In this document: positions 1-8,920 of the stretch, piece by piece
Position numbering within the stretch: position 1 is the first letter of the stretch
How the letters are laid out: each line of letters starts with the position of its first letter
Source of the DNA: Alphaproteobacteria bacterium
GTDB taxonomy: Bacteria > Pseudomonadota > Alphaproteobacteria > Bin95
Direction of reading: 5' to 3'
Assembly: GCA_963665325.3 (NCBI GenBank)
Contig: OZ224045.1
Location: 2,176,001 to 2,240,000, forward strand
Length of the DNA: 64,000 bases
The notes under the pieces: generated by a model
What the model saw: the letters and a program-made list of their open reading frames with translations, nothing else
Databases searched by the model: none
What the model was told of the DNA's origin: nothing
Translations under genes and position numbers: made by a program

Positions 1-986
1 ACAAGGGCCAGACCCTTGCGCAGCCAGTCGTGCGCGGTCGGAACGATGCCGCGCGGCATGAGCAGCACCAGCAGGACCAGCACGATGCCGAGGATCACCA
101 GATTGTTGATGAACGCCGTTTCGCCGAGCTTCAGCGAGAGATATTGCAGGGCGACGACGCCCACGATCGGCCCGATCAAGGTGCCGACGCCGCCGGCCAT
201 GACCCAGATCAGGCACTTGGCCGACATCTCGAGGCTGAAGGCGTTCGGGTCGATGAAGGTCTGGTAGGTCGCCCACATCGCGCCCGAGGCGCCGCCCAGC
301 GCGCCGCCGATGCTGAACACCAGCAGCTTGTAGCGGCGGATATCGTAGCCGAGCAGGCCGGTCCGGACTTCGTTCTCGCGGATACTGATTGCGATCCGGC
401 CGAACTTGGAGCGGATCAGGACATGGAGCAGCAGGTAAACGAAGATGAGCAGCCCCATGAAATACTGGAACATCTCCCCCGGGTCCATTTCCCGGTCCGT
501 GAACGGCACCCGCATGATGGGGATGCTGGGAATGCCGTTGAAACCGCCCAGCCGCGCCTCGCCGATGGCGTATTCGGGGCCGGCCGTGTGGTTTATCAGC
601 TTCCACATGATGAGGGTCACGACCAGGGTCACGACGCCGAGATAGACGTCGCTCAGCCGCCCGTAGAACATGAAGTAGCCGAGAACGGCCGCAAATGTGA
701 AGCAGAGCGCGATGGTGAGGAGGAAGGGGACCGTAGTGTCGCCCAAATTGATCGAGATTACGGCGAAGGCGTAGCCGCCGAGACCGAAGAATCCGGCCTG
801 TCCGAAGCTGATGATGCCGCCGAAGCCCCAGATGTAGGCCAGGCTGAGCGCATAGATCGCGAGCACGACATACTGCGTCATCTGCAGGACCTCGAAGAGG
901 TCGAACCAGGCCGGAACGAACAGCAGAATCGCCAGGAAAAGGGCCGCTACCAGGGCAACGCCGCGCCAGTATCGGGATGCTGCCAT
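1..986 (-). CDS. Branched-chain amino acid/urea ABC transporter permease (LivM/UrtC type), runs off window start
   Basis: Not in ORF track. Manual translation from ATG at 986: MAASRYWRGVALV...LSLAYIWGFGGIISFGQAGFFGLGGYA, the LivM/UrtC SFG(Q/H)xxFFGxG motif; follows LivH-type gene. Confidence 0.88.
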   Translation of the reverse strand, partial: MAASRYWRGVALVAALFLAILLFVPAWFDLFEVLQMTQYVVLAIYALSLAYIWGFGGIISFGQAGFFGLGGYAFAVISINLGDTTVPFLLTIALCFTFAAVLGYFMFYGRLSDVYLGVVTLVVTLIMWKLINHTAGPEYAIGEARLGGFNGIPSIPIMRVPFTDREMDPGEMFQYFMGLLIFVYLLLHVLIRSKFGRIAISIRENEVRTGLLGYDIRRYKLLVFSIGGALGGASGAMWATYQTFIDPNAFSLEMSAKCLIWVMAGGVGTLIGPIVGVVALQYLSLKLGETAFINNLVILGIVLVLLVLLMPRGIVPTAHDWLRKGLAL

Positions 987-998
987 GGCCCGCTCGTC

Positions 999-1865
999 TC
1001 AGAGGCTGCGCGAGAAAATGCGCCCGGTGATCCCCTGCGGGAGCAACCGGAGGAGGATGAGCGCGACGAGAAGCAGTGCGGCGTCGCCGAACACGGGCCC
1101 GGACAGGAAGGTAACGCTCTGGCTGAGCGTGCCCAGCATGGTCGAGGCGCTGAGCGTGCCGGCGACAATGGCCGTGCCGCCCGTCACCACGGTGATGAAG
1201 GCCTGACCGATGAAATAGATGCCCATGCTGGGCACGACCCCGGAAATCGGCGCGAGCAGGCCCCCTGCGAGGCCGGTCAGCGCGGCGCCGATGCCGAAAG
1301 TCGCCATATAGACCAGCTTGGAGTTGACCCCCAGCGCCTCGGCCATGTTCGGGTTCTGCATGGTCGAGCGCGCGATCAGTCCGAAGCGTGTGAATCTCAG
1401 CCCCGCATAGATCGCGGCCAGCATCAGCGCGGCCGCGAAGATCAGCACCAGCGTGTAGCTTGCCATCTTGTAGTCGCCGATGGCGAAGCCGCCGAGCGGC
1501 GTCGCCACGCCCTCAACCGTGTTGCCGAACACCACGGTGACCAGCCCGATGATGAGCAGGCTCAACCCCCAGGTCGCAAGGATAGAATCCAGCAGACGGT
1601 TGTAGAGGAACTGGATGATGCAGCGCTCGACAATGACCCCGAAAACGCCCACGACGAGCGGTGCCAGCACCAGGATCGCAACCCAGAGATTGACGCCCAG
1701 CTTTGTGGTCAGCACCACGGTGTAGCCGCCGAGCATCAGGAACTCGCCATGGGCGATGTTGATGACCCGCATCATGCCGAAGATGATTGCGAGTCCGGCT
1801 GCGATGAGCACAAGCCCCGCGACAGCGCGCAGCAGCTCTATGAGGACGATAACGGCGTAATCCAT
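999..1865 (-). CDS. Branched-chain amino acid/urea ABC transporter permease (LivH/UrtB type)
   Basis: GLAIIFGMMRVINIAHGEFLMLG motif; hydrophobic, 288 aa. Confidence 0.92.
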   Translation of the reverse strand: MDYAVIVLIELLRAVAGLVLIAAGLAIIFGMMRVINIAHGEFLMLGGYTVVLTTKLGVNLWVAILVLAPLVVGVFGVIVERCIIQFLYNRLLDSILATWGLSLLIIGLVTVVFGNTVEGVATPLGGFAIGDYKMASYTLVLIFAAALMLAAIYAGLRFTRFGLIARSTMQNPNMAEALGVNSKLVYMATFGIGAALTGLAGGLLAPISGVVPSMGIYFIGQAFITVVTGGTAIVAGTLSASTMLGTLSQSVTFLSGPVFGDAALLLVALILLRLLPQGITGRIFSRSL

Positions 1866-1881
1866 GAAAGACCCCGGTGCC

Positions 1882-1909
1882 GCGGCCCCGCCTTGCCCGG
1901 CGGGGCCGC
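1882..1909 (-). terminator. GC-rich hairpin between binding-protein and permease genes (attenuator or mRNA stabiliser)
   Basis: Perfect 11-bp stem GCGGCCCCGCC/GGCGGGGCCGC with 6-nt loop. Confidence 0.55.
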
Positions 1910-1928
1910 AGCCGATCCGTGACGTCTT

Positions 1929-3185
1929 CTATTCGAGCGAGATTTCGTAATGCTTGTTGGCGTTCGGGTCCTTCTCGAGGTCGCAGACAGACTGGGTGTC
2001 GGCGGGCTGGACCTGGGAGAACTTCTCCTTGATGACGAACTGCTTGTCCTGGAGGTCCGCCACATAGACGTCCCGGATCGCATGGTGCGTCTTGCGGTCG
2101 ATGGTGACCTTGCCGGAGGGGAATTCGTACTCCTTGCCCGACTCCATCACCTCGATGAGCGCCATGCGGTCGAGGCTGCCTGCGGTCCGCACCGCATCGG
2201 CCCAGATCATCATGCCTTCCCAGGTAAAGGCCGAAAGCTCGGTCAGGAACGGCGTGTCGTCGGGATAGCGTTTCTTGACCGCCTCGACCCAGGCGTTGTT
2301 CATCGGCGAATCGATCTGCGGGTAGTAGCCGTAGCTGGTGATGATGCCGTTGGCGACTTCCGGCTTGATGATCTCGATCTCCGCGCCCGCCGCGCCGAAG
2401 GTCGTGGACGCGATCGGGATTTCCTCCTTCATGCCGCCCGCGGCCCACTGGTTGTAGAAGCCCAGATGGCCGGTTCCGACCAGCACGGACATCACCATGT
2501 CAGGTTTGGCTTCCTGAATCTTCGAGATCGTCGGCCCGAAATTGGTGACGTCCAGCGGGAAGAAGTCGGTGGAGAGCACTTCGCCCCCGTTCTGCTCGAC
2601 ATAGCGCTTCACCCAGGCCGCGGTGATCTGGCCATAGTTGTAGTCCGCGGCAATCGTATAGACCTTCTTGCCCCACAGATTCATCGTGTGCGGCACGAGC
2701 TGCTCGACCGTCTGGGCCGGCGTGGTGCCGAGCGTGATCTCGTTGCGGTCGCAAACGCCGCCTTCGTAGAGCGTGTTGTAGAAGTACAGCGTCTTGAAGC
2801 GGTGGAAGATCGGACGGATCGTCTCCCGGCTCGCGCTGGTGATGCCGCCCATGGCAACCGCCACCTTGTCCTTCAGCGCCAGTTGCGTCGCATATTGCGA
2901 GTAGAGCGACATGTTGGACTGCGGATCGTAAACAACGCCCTTGACCTGCCGGCCGAGCAGGCCGCCCTGCGCGTTGATCTCCTCGATCGCCATCAACATG
3001 ATCTGGTTCATCGGGATGCCGGCGAAATCGATGAAGCCGGACAGGTCGTGCAGGCCGCCGACCAGGATTTCGTCGCCGGCATCGGCCGAGATGGCCGGGA
3101 ACACTGTGGAAAATGCGGCGGCGCCCGCGCCCATTGCCGCGGTTTTCATGAAATCGCGCCGGGATCTTGTGTTCTTGACTGTCAT
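1929..3185 (-). CDS. Urea/amide ABC transporter substrate-binding protein (UrtA/AmiC-like), Tat-exported
   Basis: SRRDFMK twin-arginine signal; GGITSASRETIRP, YFYNTLYEGG and ADYNYG motifs; ATG 3185 with GAGGGAGG RBS. Confidence 0.88.
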   Translation of the reverse strand: MTVKNTRSRRDFMKTAAMGAGAAAFSTVFPAISADAGDEILVGGLHDLSGFIDFAGIPMNQIMLMAIEEINAQGGLLGRQVKGVVYDPQSNMSLYSQYATQLALKDKVAVAMGGITSASRETIRPIFHRFKTLYFYNTLYEGGVCDRNEITLGTTPAQTVEQLVPHTMNLWGKKVYTIAADYNYGQITAAWVKRYVEQNGGEVLSTDFFPLDVTNFGPTISKIQEAKPDMVMSVLVGTGHLGFYNQWAAGGMKEEIPIASTTFGAAGAEIEIIKPEVANGIITSYGYYPQIDSPMNNAWVEAVKKRYPDDTPFLTELSAFTWEGMMIWADAVRTAGSLDRMALIEVMESGKEYEFPSGKVTIDRKTHHAIRDVYVADLQDKQFVIKEKFSQVQPADTQSVCDLEKDPNANKHYEISLE

Positions 3186-3495
3186 CGACGACCTCCCTCG
3201 ATACATGACGGCAAGCGCATCCAGCTAAGAGCGACAGCGATGCACGAGCGCAAGCCTGCCAGATTAAGCCGGGGCAACAAAGACATAATTGGGAAAGCAG
3301 CCCGTGCGGTCTTTCGGATCGCGCGGTATCCGGCTTGCACCGCAGGATCGCCCCGGAGCGGTCGTTCGTCCTCCTCCCTGCGGCGAGATGAGGACGCCAG
3401 GGGCTGGCACAGCCATGCGCCCGGAAATTTGATCTAGCTCAATTTTTGGCGTCGGGGGGCGAAGCGAAGACCGCTTGACCGATGCGCTCCGGCGG

Positions 3496-4710
3496 TTAAC
3501 TGCCGCTAGCCCACCAGTCCCTGGGTCTCGACCGCGTCGCCCGTCCGGACCGATCGTCCAGCCAGAGCGCCGCCCGGCGTAGCGGCGAAAGCGCGAGGCG
3601 TAGCCAAAGCCGGCTGGTCCAGCGGCGGAAGTCCCGGTTGAAGGGGCAAACCCGAAGACAGATAGCGCAGTCTGAGGCGAGCTTGGCCCAATAGCCGAAG
3701 CACTTTTCCGCATCGGACGTCCATTTCACCACGCCCCGGATGGCGGACTGGTTGAGCCGGTCGGCGGTGGGCGGACCGTAGGGCAGGGCTTTCGCCGGAC
3801 AGGCGTCTGCGCAGCGCGTGCAGACGGCGCAGAACTTCGCCACGCCGAATTTGCGCGGTGCGTCATGGGCCAGCGGCAGGTCCGTGAAGATCTTGGAAAA
3901 ACGCAGGCGCGGGCCCGTCTCCGGGGTTATGACGAGTTGGTTGCGGGCGTATTCGCCGAGACCGGCTTTCAGCGCATAGGGAATGGCGAGCGCAGTGTCG
4001 TTCATGGAGGCGACCGCACGGTAGCCGAGCGCCCTGATATAGGCGGCAAGCTGCATGACGATTGCGGCTTCGTGGCTGTACTCCCGCCCGGTCGCAGCGC
4101 CGGCAAGCGCGGAGGGGTAGGTCGCGACAAGCCCCTCGTCCATTTCGTGGCCGAGCACGACGACATGCTCCAGCCCGTCGGGCAGACCCACCGGAGCCTC
4201 CGAGAAGTCCCGCACATCCACCCGCGACTCATAGGTCCAGCGCTCATCGTACTCGGTGATGCCGCACAGGCTTGCGCCGAAGAACCGGGCGACCTTCTTG
4301 ATCTCCGCCGCCATCGCCGCCGGATCGTCAACCGGGAACTGCTCCGCGACGACAGGCGTGTCGTCCGAGATCGCCGCCTGGAAACCCTCCCGCCTGCCTT
4401 GCTCGACATGGCGGTTGGTAATCAGGTCGGAGATCAGCCAGGAGGCGTTCCGGAGCGCGAAATCCCGCTGGTTGAAACCGTCTCCCCGGCGCGCAGTGAA
4501 GTCCGCCCGGTATGAATTGAAGAAGGCGTCCGTTTCCTTCGTGCGCACCCGCTCGTCCCAGAACGCGCGCGTGAAGACATCGTCGATCTGCCGGAAAGGC
4601 GTGAAGTCCGCAGTCGTCTCGATTCCCGCCGCCGCATCGCTTTCGGCGTGGCGTCCCCGCCAGCGAGCGCGGCGTTCTTCGAGGCTCTCCTCGTTTCCGG
4701 GCCAGCTCAT
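3496..4710 (-). CDS. rdhA: Reductive dehalogenase-like protein (cobalamin, two 4Fe-4S clusters)
   Basis: AGLGEYARNQLVITPETGPRLRFSKIFTDLPL; CAVCTRCADACP; KCFGYW...DCAICLRVCPFN; no Tat signal. Confidence 0.8.
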   Translation of the reverse strand: MSWPGNEESLEERRARWRGRHAESDAAAGIETTADFTPFRQIDDVFTRAFWDERVRTKETDAFFNSYRADFTARRGDGFNQRDFALRNASWLISDLITNRHVEQGRREGFQAAISDDTPVVAEQFPVDDPAAMAAEIKKVARFFGASLCGITEYDERWTYESRVDVRDFSEAPVGLPDGLEHVVVLGHEMDEGLVATYPSALAGAATGREYSHEAAIVMQLAAYIRALGYRAVASMNDTALAIPYALKAGLGEYARNQLVITPETGPRLRFSKIFTDLPLAHDAPRKFGVAKFCAVCTRCADACPAKALPYGPPTADRLNQSAIRGVVKWTSDAEKCFGYWAKLASDCAICLRVCPFNRDFRRWTSRLWLRLALSPLRRAALWLDDRSGRATRSRPRDWWASGS

Positions 4711-4743
4711 CGATGCGAGACTACCGCTTTTCCGGTCCGGGCG

Positions 4744-5349
4744 TCAGTGGCCGGTCTTGCGAAACCCCTCTCCTTGCTCGTCGAGCGCTTCCGGCGGCCG
4801 GCCGAGCCATCGACCCGCGACAGCGCGCCAGGTTGCGAGCCGGCTGAAATTAGGAGGATCGGCAAGCGTGTCGTCGTCGTTCAGGAAAGGGCTCGGGAAG
4901 AACACGGTAAGGCCGTTCTCGCCCTTCCCGTTCCATATCTCGAAGCCCCAGGTGAGCGGCCTGGCGTCCCGGTCGAAGCCCCGGAATATCTCGGCCCGCG
5001 AGGGCCGGCGGTGCGCGCGCAGCGCCGGGCCAGTCGGGTCTCCGGGCGAGCCCAGGTTCTCGCCGATGCAAAGGTGGAAATGCCCGCCATTGCCGAACAT
5101 CACCGTCAGGTAGCCATCGAAGAGGCTTATCCGCGTCGGTGCGCCGGGACATTTCCACTCCCAGGCGGCGCCCTGGATCATCGGGCCGAGGCGGATGCCC
5201 CGCCAGTGGTTCTCGAACAGGTCGCGGAGGAAGGCCTCCAGGACGGATTCTTCCAGCGGCAGTGCCCAGATTTCGCGCGCGAGCGTCCCGTTCTCGCGGT
5301 ACTGCCGTTCGTCCGGTTCGGACGGAATCTCTCGGTCCGTGTCCTTCAT
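4744..5349 (-). CDS. Hypothetical protein, possible HutX/ChuX-like fold
   Basis: ATG 5349 with GAGGTGG RBS; 201 aa globular; GYLTV...HFHL and NGKGENGLTVFF motifs; ends 33 bp before rdhA. Confidence 0.7.
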   Translation of the reverse strand: MKDTDREIPSEPDERQYRENGTLAREIWALPLEESVLEAFLRDLFENHWRGIRLGPMIQGAAWEWKCPGAPTRISLFDGYLTVMFGNGGHFHLCIGENLGSPGDPTGPALRAHRRPSRAEIFRGFDRDARPLTWGFEIWNGKGENGLTVFFPSPFLNDDDTLADPPNFSRLATWRAVAGRWLGRPPEALDEQGEGFRKTGH

Positions 5350-5444
5350 GTCTTCCACCTCCCGGCACCTCAAGTCTGTGCGAAGGTTCCGCCTGCGGCA
5401 ACGCTCCGGTTCCGTTGCCGGGCCGGCCGTGGAAGGGTGGGGCC

Positions 5445-6356
5445 ATGGGCGCATTTCTCGAAGTGGCGCTGCCGGCTTTCCTGCTGGTCTTCGCCGGGAT
5501 GGCCGCGGCACGCGCAGGCTGGATCGACGAGGCGGGCGCGAAGGGTCTGAACGCTTTCGTCTATTACCTCGCCATGCCGGCCGCGCTCTTCCGTGCGGCC
5601 TCGGAAGGCGCGCTGCTTCAGGGTTTCGACTGGCGCCTCGTGGCCGCCTATTTCGGTCCGACGCTGGTCCTGCTGGCGGCCGTCGAGGCGCTCGGCCGAC
5701 GGAAACCGGCGGAGGAGCGGGCGCTCACCGGCATGGGCGCCTGTTTTTCCAACAATGTCTTTCTCGGCATGCCGGTGATCGTGGCGCATATGGGGTCGGC
5801 TGCGGCCGGCCCGATGACGGTGATCATCGCGGGCACCACGGTCCTGTTCATCGGCCTGCCCGTGCTGCGGATCGAGATGGCGAGAGGTAGTGGGGGAGCT
5901 GTGGCGGCTGCACTCGGGCGCGCGCTCGCCAATCCGCTCCTGGTCGCAATTGCGCTCGGCACGCTCTGGGCGTCGGTATCCTGGCGCCTGCCGGGGCCGG
6001 TCAGTGTAGCGGTGGACCTGCTGGCTGCGGCATCCGCGCCAGCCGCGCTTGCCGGACTGGGCGCGGCGTTGGCGGGATACCGCATCGCCGGGGACCTCCG
6101 GGACAGCACTGCGCTCTGCGGGCTCAAGCTGCTCGCGCATCCGGTCATGGTGTGGTTTGCGGCGGGCGCAGTCGGGCTCGGCGAGTTCGAACGGGCGGTC
6201 GCGGTGCTGGCGTCGGCCATGCCGGTCGGCGCCAATGTGTTCGTGTTGGCGCAGCATTACGGCATCTACGAGCGCCGGGCCTCGGCCGCAGTGGTGCTCT
6301 CGACCCTCGCCGCCATGCCGCTTGCGGCCCTGCTGATGACGGTCTTCCACTCGTGA
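5445..6356 (+). CDS. AEC (auxin efflux carrier) family transporter
   Basis: FVYYLAMPAALF, SNNVFLGMP, NPLL, KLLAHP and AMPVGANVF motifs. Confidence 0.9.
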   Translation: MGAFLEVALPAFLLVFAGMAAARAGWIDEAGAKGLNAFVYYLAMPAALFRAASEGALLQGFDWRLVAAYFGPTLVLLAAVEALGRRKPAEERALTGMGACFSNNVFLGMPVIVAHMGSAAAGPMTVIIAGTTVLFIGLPVLRIEMARGSGGAVAAALGRALANPLLVAIALGTLWASVSWRLPGPVSVAVDLLAAASAPAALAGLGAALAGYRIAGDLRDSTALCGLKLLAHPVMVWFAAGAVGLGEFERAVAVLASAMPVGANVFVLAQHYGIYERRASAAVVLSTLAAMPLAALLMTVFHS

Positions 6357-6363
6357 GGCGGCC

Positions 6364-7212
6364 TTAGGCGCGCTGGCGGATGAGCCAGACGCCGATCATG
6401 GTCAGCGCAAAGCCGGGCCACATGGCTCCCGGCAGGTCTTCGCCGAGAAAGACCCATGCGAGCAGCGCGGTCACTCCGGGCGTCAGGTAGAAATTCGACG
6501 CTACCCGGCCTGCCTCTCCGTGGCGCAGCATGTAGAGCAGCAGGCCCATGGCGCCGAGCGAAACGCCGAAGGTGAGATAGGCGAGCGAGGCGACCATGCC
6601 CGGCGTCCAGACGGCGTGCGGCGCCTCGAACGCCCAGGTGAAAGCCCATGCCGTGGCCGCCGCCGCCGCGAGCTGCACGCAGTTGGCGCCGATGAGCGGC
6701 GCGTCCCGGCAGAAGCGCGCGTGGTAGAGTGTGCCGGCGGTGAGCGCGGCGATGGAACCGATTGCCCAGGCGATGCCGGCCGGGCGGCCGAGGTCGAAGG
6801 CGCCGATGCCCGCGACCAGCGCAACGCCCCCTGTACCCAGCAGGAAGCCCGCCCATTGCCGGCCCCGGAAGCGTTCGCCCAGCAGCGGCCCGGCAACTAG
6901 CGCGGTCGCGATCGGGTGAAGCGCGCCCATGAGCGCCATGGTCGCGCCCCGGATCTCCGTCATGGCGACATAGGCCGCGCCCAGATAGCAGGCATTGATG
7001 ATTGCGCCCGACAGCCCGAGATGGACGATTTCCGCGACCGTCGGCCGCCAGTCCCTGATCAGGAAACCCGCCACCGCTGCCAGCACGGCCGCCGCAATGG
7101 TGAAGCGGATCGCCAGGAAATAGAACGGCGTGATATCGGGCAGTCCGGCGCGGACCGCGACGAAGGCGCCGCTCCAGATCAGGACGAAGAGAAACGGGGC
7201 GAAGCGGGTCAG
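6364..7212 (-). CDS. DMT/EamA family transporter (probable CTG start)
   Basis: Frame extends upstream of track start: LTRFAPFLFVLIWSGAFVA...FLAIRF; CTG overlaps upstream TGA. Confidence 0.85.
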   Translation of the reverse strand: MTRFAPFLFVLIWSGAFVAVRAGLPDITPFYFLAIRFTIAAAVLAAVAGFLIRDWRPTVAEIVHLGLSGAIINACYLGAAYVAMTEIRGATMALMGALHPIATALVAGPLLGERFRGRQWAGFLLGTGGVALVAGIGAFDLGRPAGIAWAIGSIAALTAGTLYHARFCRDAPLIGANCVQLAAAAATAWAFTWAFEAPHAVWTPGMVASLAYLTFGVSLGAMGLLLYMLRHGEAGRVASNFYLTPGVTALLAWVFLGEDLPGAMWPGFALTMIGVWLIRQRA

Positions 7213-7970
7213 CTTGCGCTGTCCTCGATCACCTCGCCGCCGAGTTCCTCGACGAAAGCATGGATTTCGGCTGCCGCTTCATCGATGCGTGCACGGTCCG
7301 CCCCACGCACGACCAGCGCCACGCCGGTGCCCTTGTCGGTGTTGTAGAAGGGGTAGGAGCCGAGATCGAGCTCCGGGAAGCGCTGCTGCACGGCGCCCAG
7401 GCCTCTCGCCAGCACGCCTTCCACCAGCCGGGTCGAGATCGACCGGGAATGGATCACGGTACCGCGTCGGAGCGAAGGTTTCGCGACCTCGAACATGGAC
7501 TGCATGATCTGCGGCACGCCGGCGAACACGAACACGTTCTCCATGCGGAAGCCGGGTGCGATGGACAGGGAGTTGTCCACGAGTTCGGCGCCGACCGGTG
7601 TAATCGTCATGCGCTTGCGCGCCTCGGTGAACTCCTGGCCGCGCCGGTCGTACCATTCGGCCATCCGGCGGTAGCTCTCCGGGTGGTAGTGCCATTCGGC
7701 GTCGAAGGCGGCGGCGATGGATTCCGGCGTGATGTCGTCATGGGTCGGCCCGATGCCGCCCGTGGTGAACACATAGTCGAACCGGGCGCGGAGCGCGTTG
7801 ACCGCCTCGACGATCTCCTCGCGGATGTCGGGCACGATGCGCACCTCCGCGAGCTGGATACCGATCTCGTTCAGGCCGTTGCCGAGAAAGGCGATGTTCC
7901 TGTCCTGCGTGCGGCCCGAGAGGATCTCGTTGCCGATAATGCAGAGCGCGGCGGTAACCGTAGCGGCCAT
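7209..7970 (-). CDS. CinA-like competence/damage-inducible protein (molybdopterin-binding domain)
   Basis: IIGNEILSGRTQDRN, TTGGIGPTHDDIT and AGVP motifs. Confidence 0.9.
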   Translation of the reverse strand: MAATVTAALCIIGNEILSGRTQDRNIAFLGNGLNEIGIQLAEVRIVPDIREEIVEAVNALRARFDYVFTTGGIGPTHDDITPESIAAAFDAEWHYHPESYRRMAEWYDRRGQEFTEARKRMTITPVGAELVDNSLSIAPGFRMENVFVFAGVPQIMQSMFEVAKPSLRRGTVIHSRSISTRLVEGVLARGLGAVQQRFPELDLGSYPFYNTDKGTGVALVVRGADRARIDEAAAEIHAFVEELGGEVIEDSAS

Positions 7971-8101
7971 GGGGGCGGTCCTCGGCGGAGCGGGCCGGCG
8001 GAGGATAGCCCCGCCGGGCGCGCTCTTGAAGACGGCGCGGCGGTTGCACCGAAATGCTATGCTGGGTTCGGCCCCTGTACAACTGCACCCCCGGAGCCTC
8101 G

Positions 8102-8920
8102 ATGCAACTGAAGCGCCAGCAGACCCGCCGCCGGGAAGACGAGATTGCGATCCATACGGACGACGACCTTGCCGCCATGCGCAGGGCCGGCCGGCTTGCG
8201 GCGGAGGTGCTGGACCATGTGACGCCGCATGTCGTGCCCGGCGCGACGACGGAGAGCCTGAACACGCTCTGCCACGATTTCACGCTTGCGCACGGGGCTG
8301 TGCCCGCGCCGCTCAACTACAAGGGCTTCCCCAAGTCGATCTGCACTTCCATCAACCATGTCGTCTGCCATGGCATTCCCGGCCCGCGCCGGCTGCGCGA
8401 CGGCGACATCCTCAATATCGACGTCACCGTCATCCTCGATGGCTGGTACGGCGATACCAGCCGCATGTTCCTGGTTGGCGACGGAGTTGGCGTAAAGGCG
8501 CGGCGGCTGGTCGCGGTAACCCATGAAGCGATGATGCGCGGCATTGAGGCAGTGCGGCCGGGCGCACATCTCGGCGACATCGGCCACGCCATCCAGGCCT
8601 ATGTGGAACCGATGGGCTTTTCCGTGGTGCGGGATTTCTGCGGCCACGGACTCGGGCGGGAGTTCCACCAGCCGCCGAGCGTGCTGCATTTCGGCCGGCC
8701 GGGCGACGGTCCGATGCTGCGCGAGGGCATGTTCTTCACCATCGAGCCGATGATTAATGCAGGTCGCTTCCATGTGAAGATTCTGGCGGACAACTGGACC
8801 GCCGTCACGAAGGACAAGTCACTCTCGGCCCAGTTTGAGCACACGGTCGCGGTGGTGTCGGACGGTGTGGAGGTGCTGACCTACTCGCCGAAGGGATGGG
8901 ACAGGCCGCCTTATGCGTGA
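8102..8920 (+). CDS. map: Type I methionine aminopeptidase
   Basis: FPKSICTSINHVVCHGIP, NIDVT, GDTSRM, CGHGLG, FTIEPMIN, SAQFEHT. Confidence 0.97.
   Translation: MQLKRQQTRRREDEIAIHTDDDLAAMRRAGRLAAEVLDHVTPHVVPGATTESLNTLCHDFTLAHGAVPAPLNYKGFPKSICTSINHVVCHGIPGPRRLRDGDILNIDVTVILDGWYGDTSRMFLVGDGVGVKARRLVAVTHEAMMRGIEAVRPGAHLGDIGHAIQAYVEPMGFSVVRDFCGHGLGREFHQPPSVLHFGRPGDGPMLREGMFFTIEPMINAGRFHVKILADNWTAVTKDKSLSAQFEHTVAVVSDGVEVLTYSPKGWDRPPYA

Noticed and set aside
30-3437. Long plus-strand ORFs (630 aa, 495 aa) and similar ones elsewhere (e.g. 23485-25380, 41225-43822, 56232-58316)
   Set aside because: Antisense shadows of well-supported genes, expected at high GC; no recognisable motifs
3186-3495. 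Possible sigma54 promoter or cobalamin riboswitch near the ABC operon and rdhA
   Set aside because: TGGCACAGCCATGC has 9 rather than 10 nt between GG and GC and faces the wrong way; no B12-box recognised
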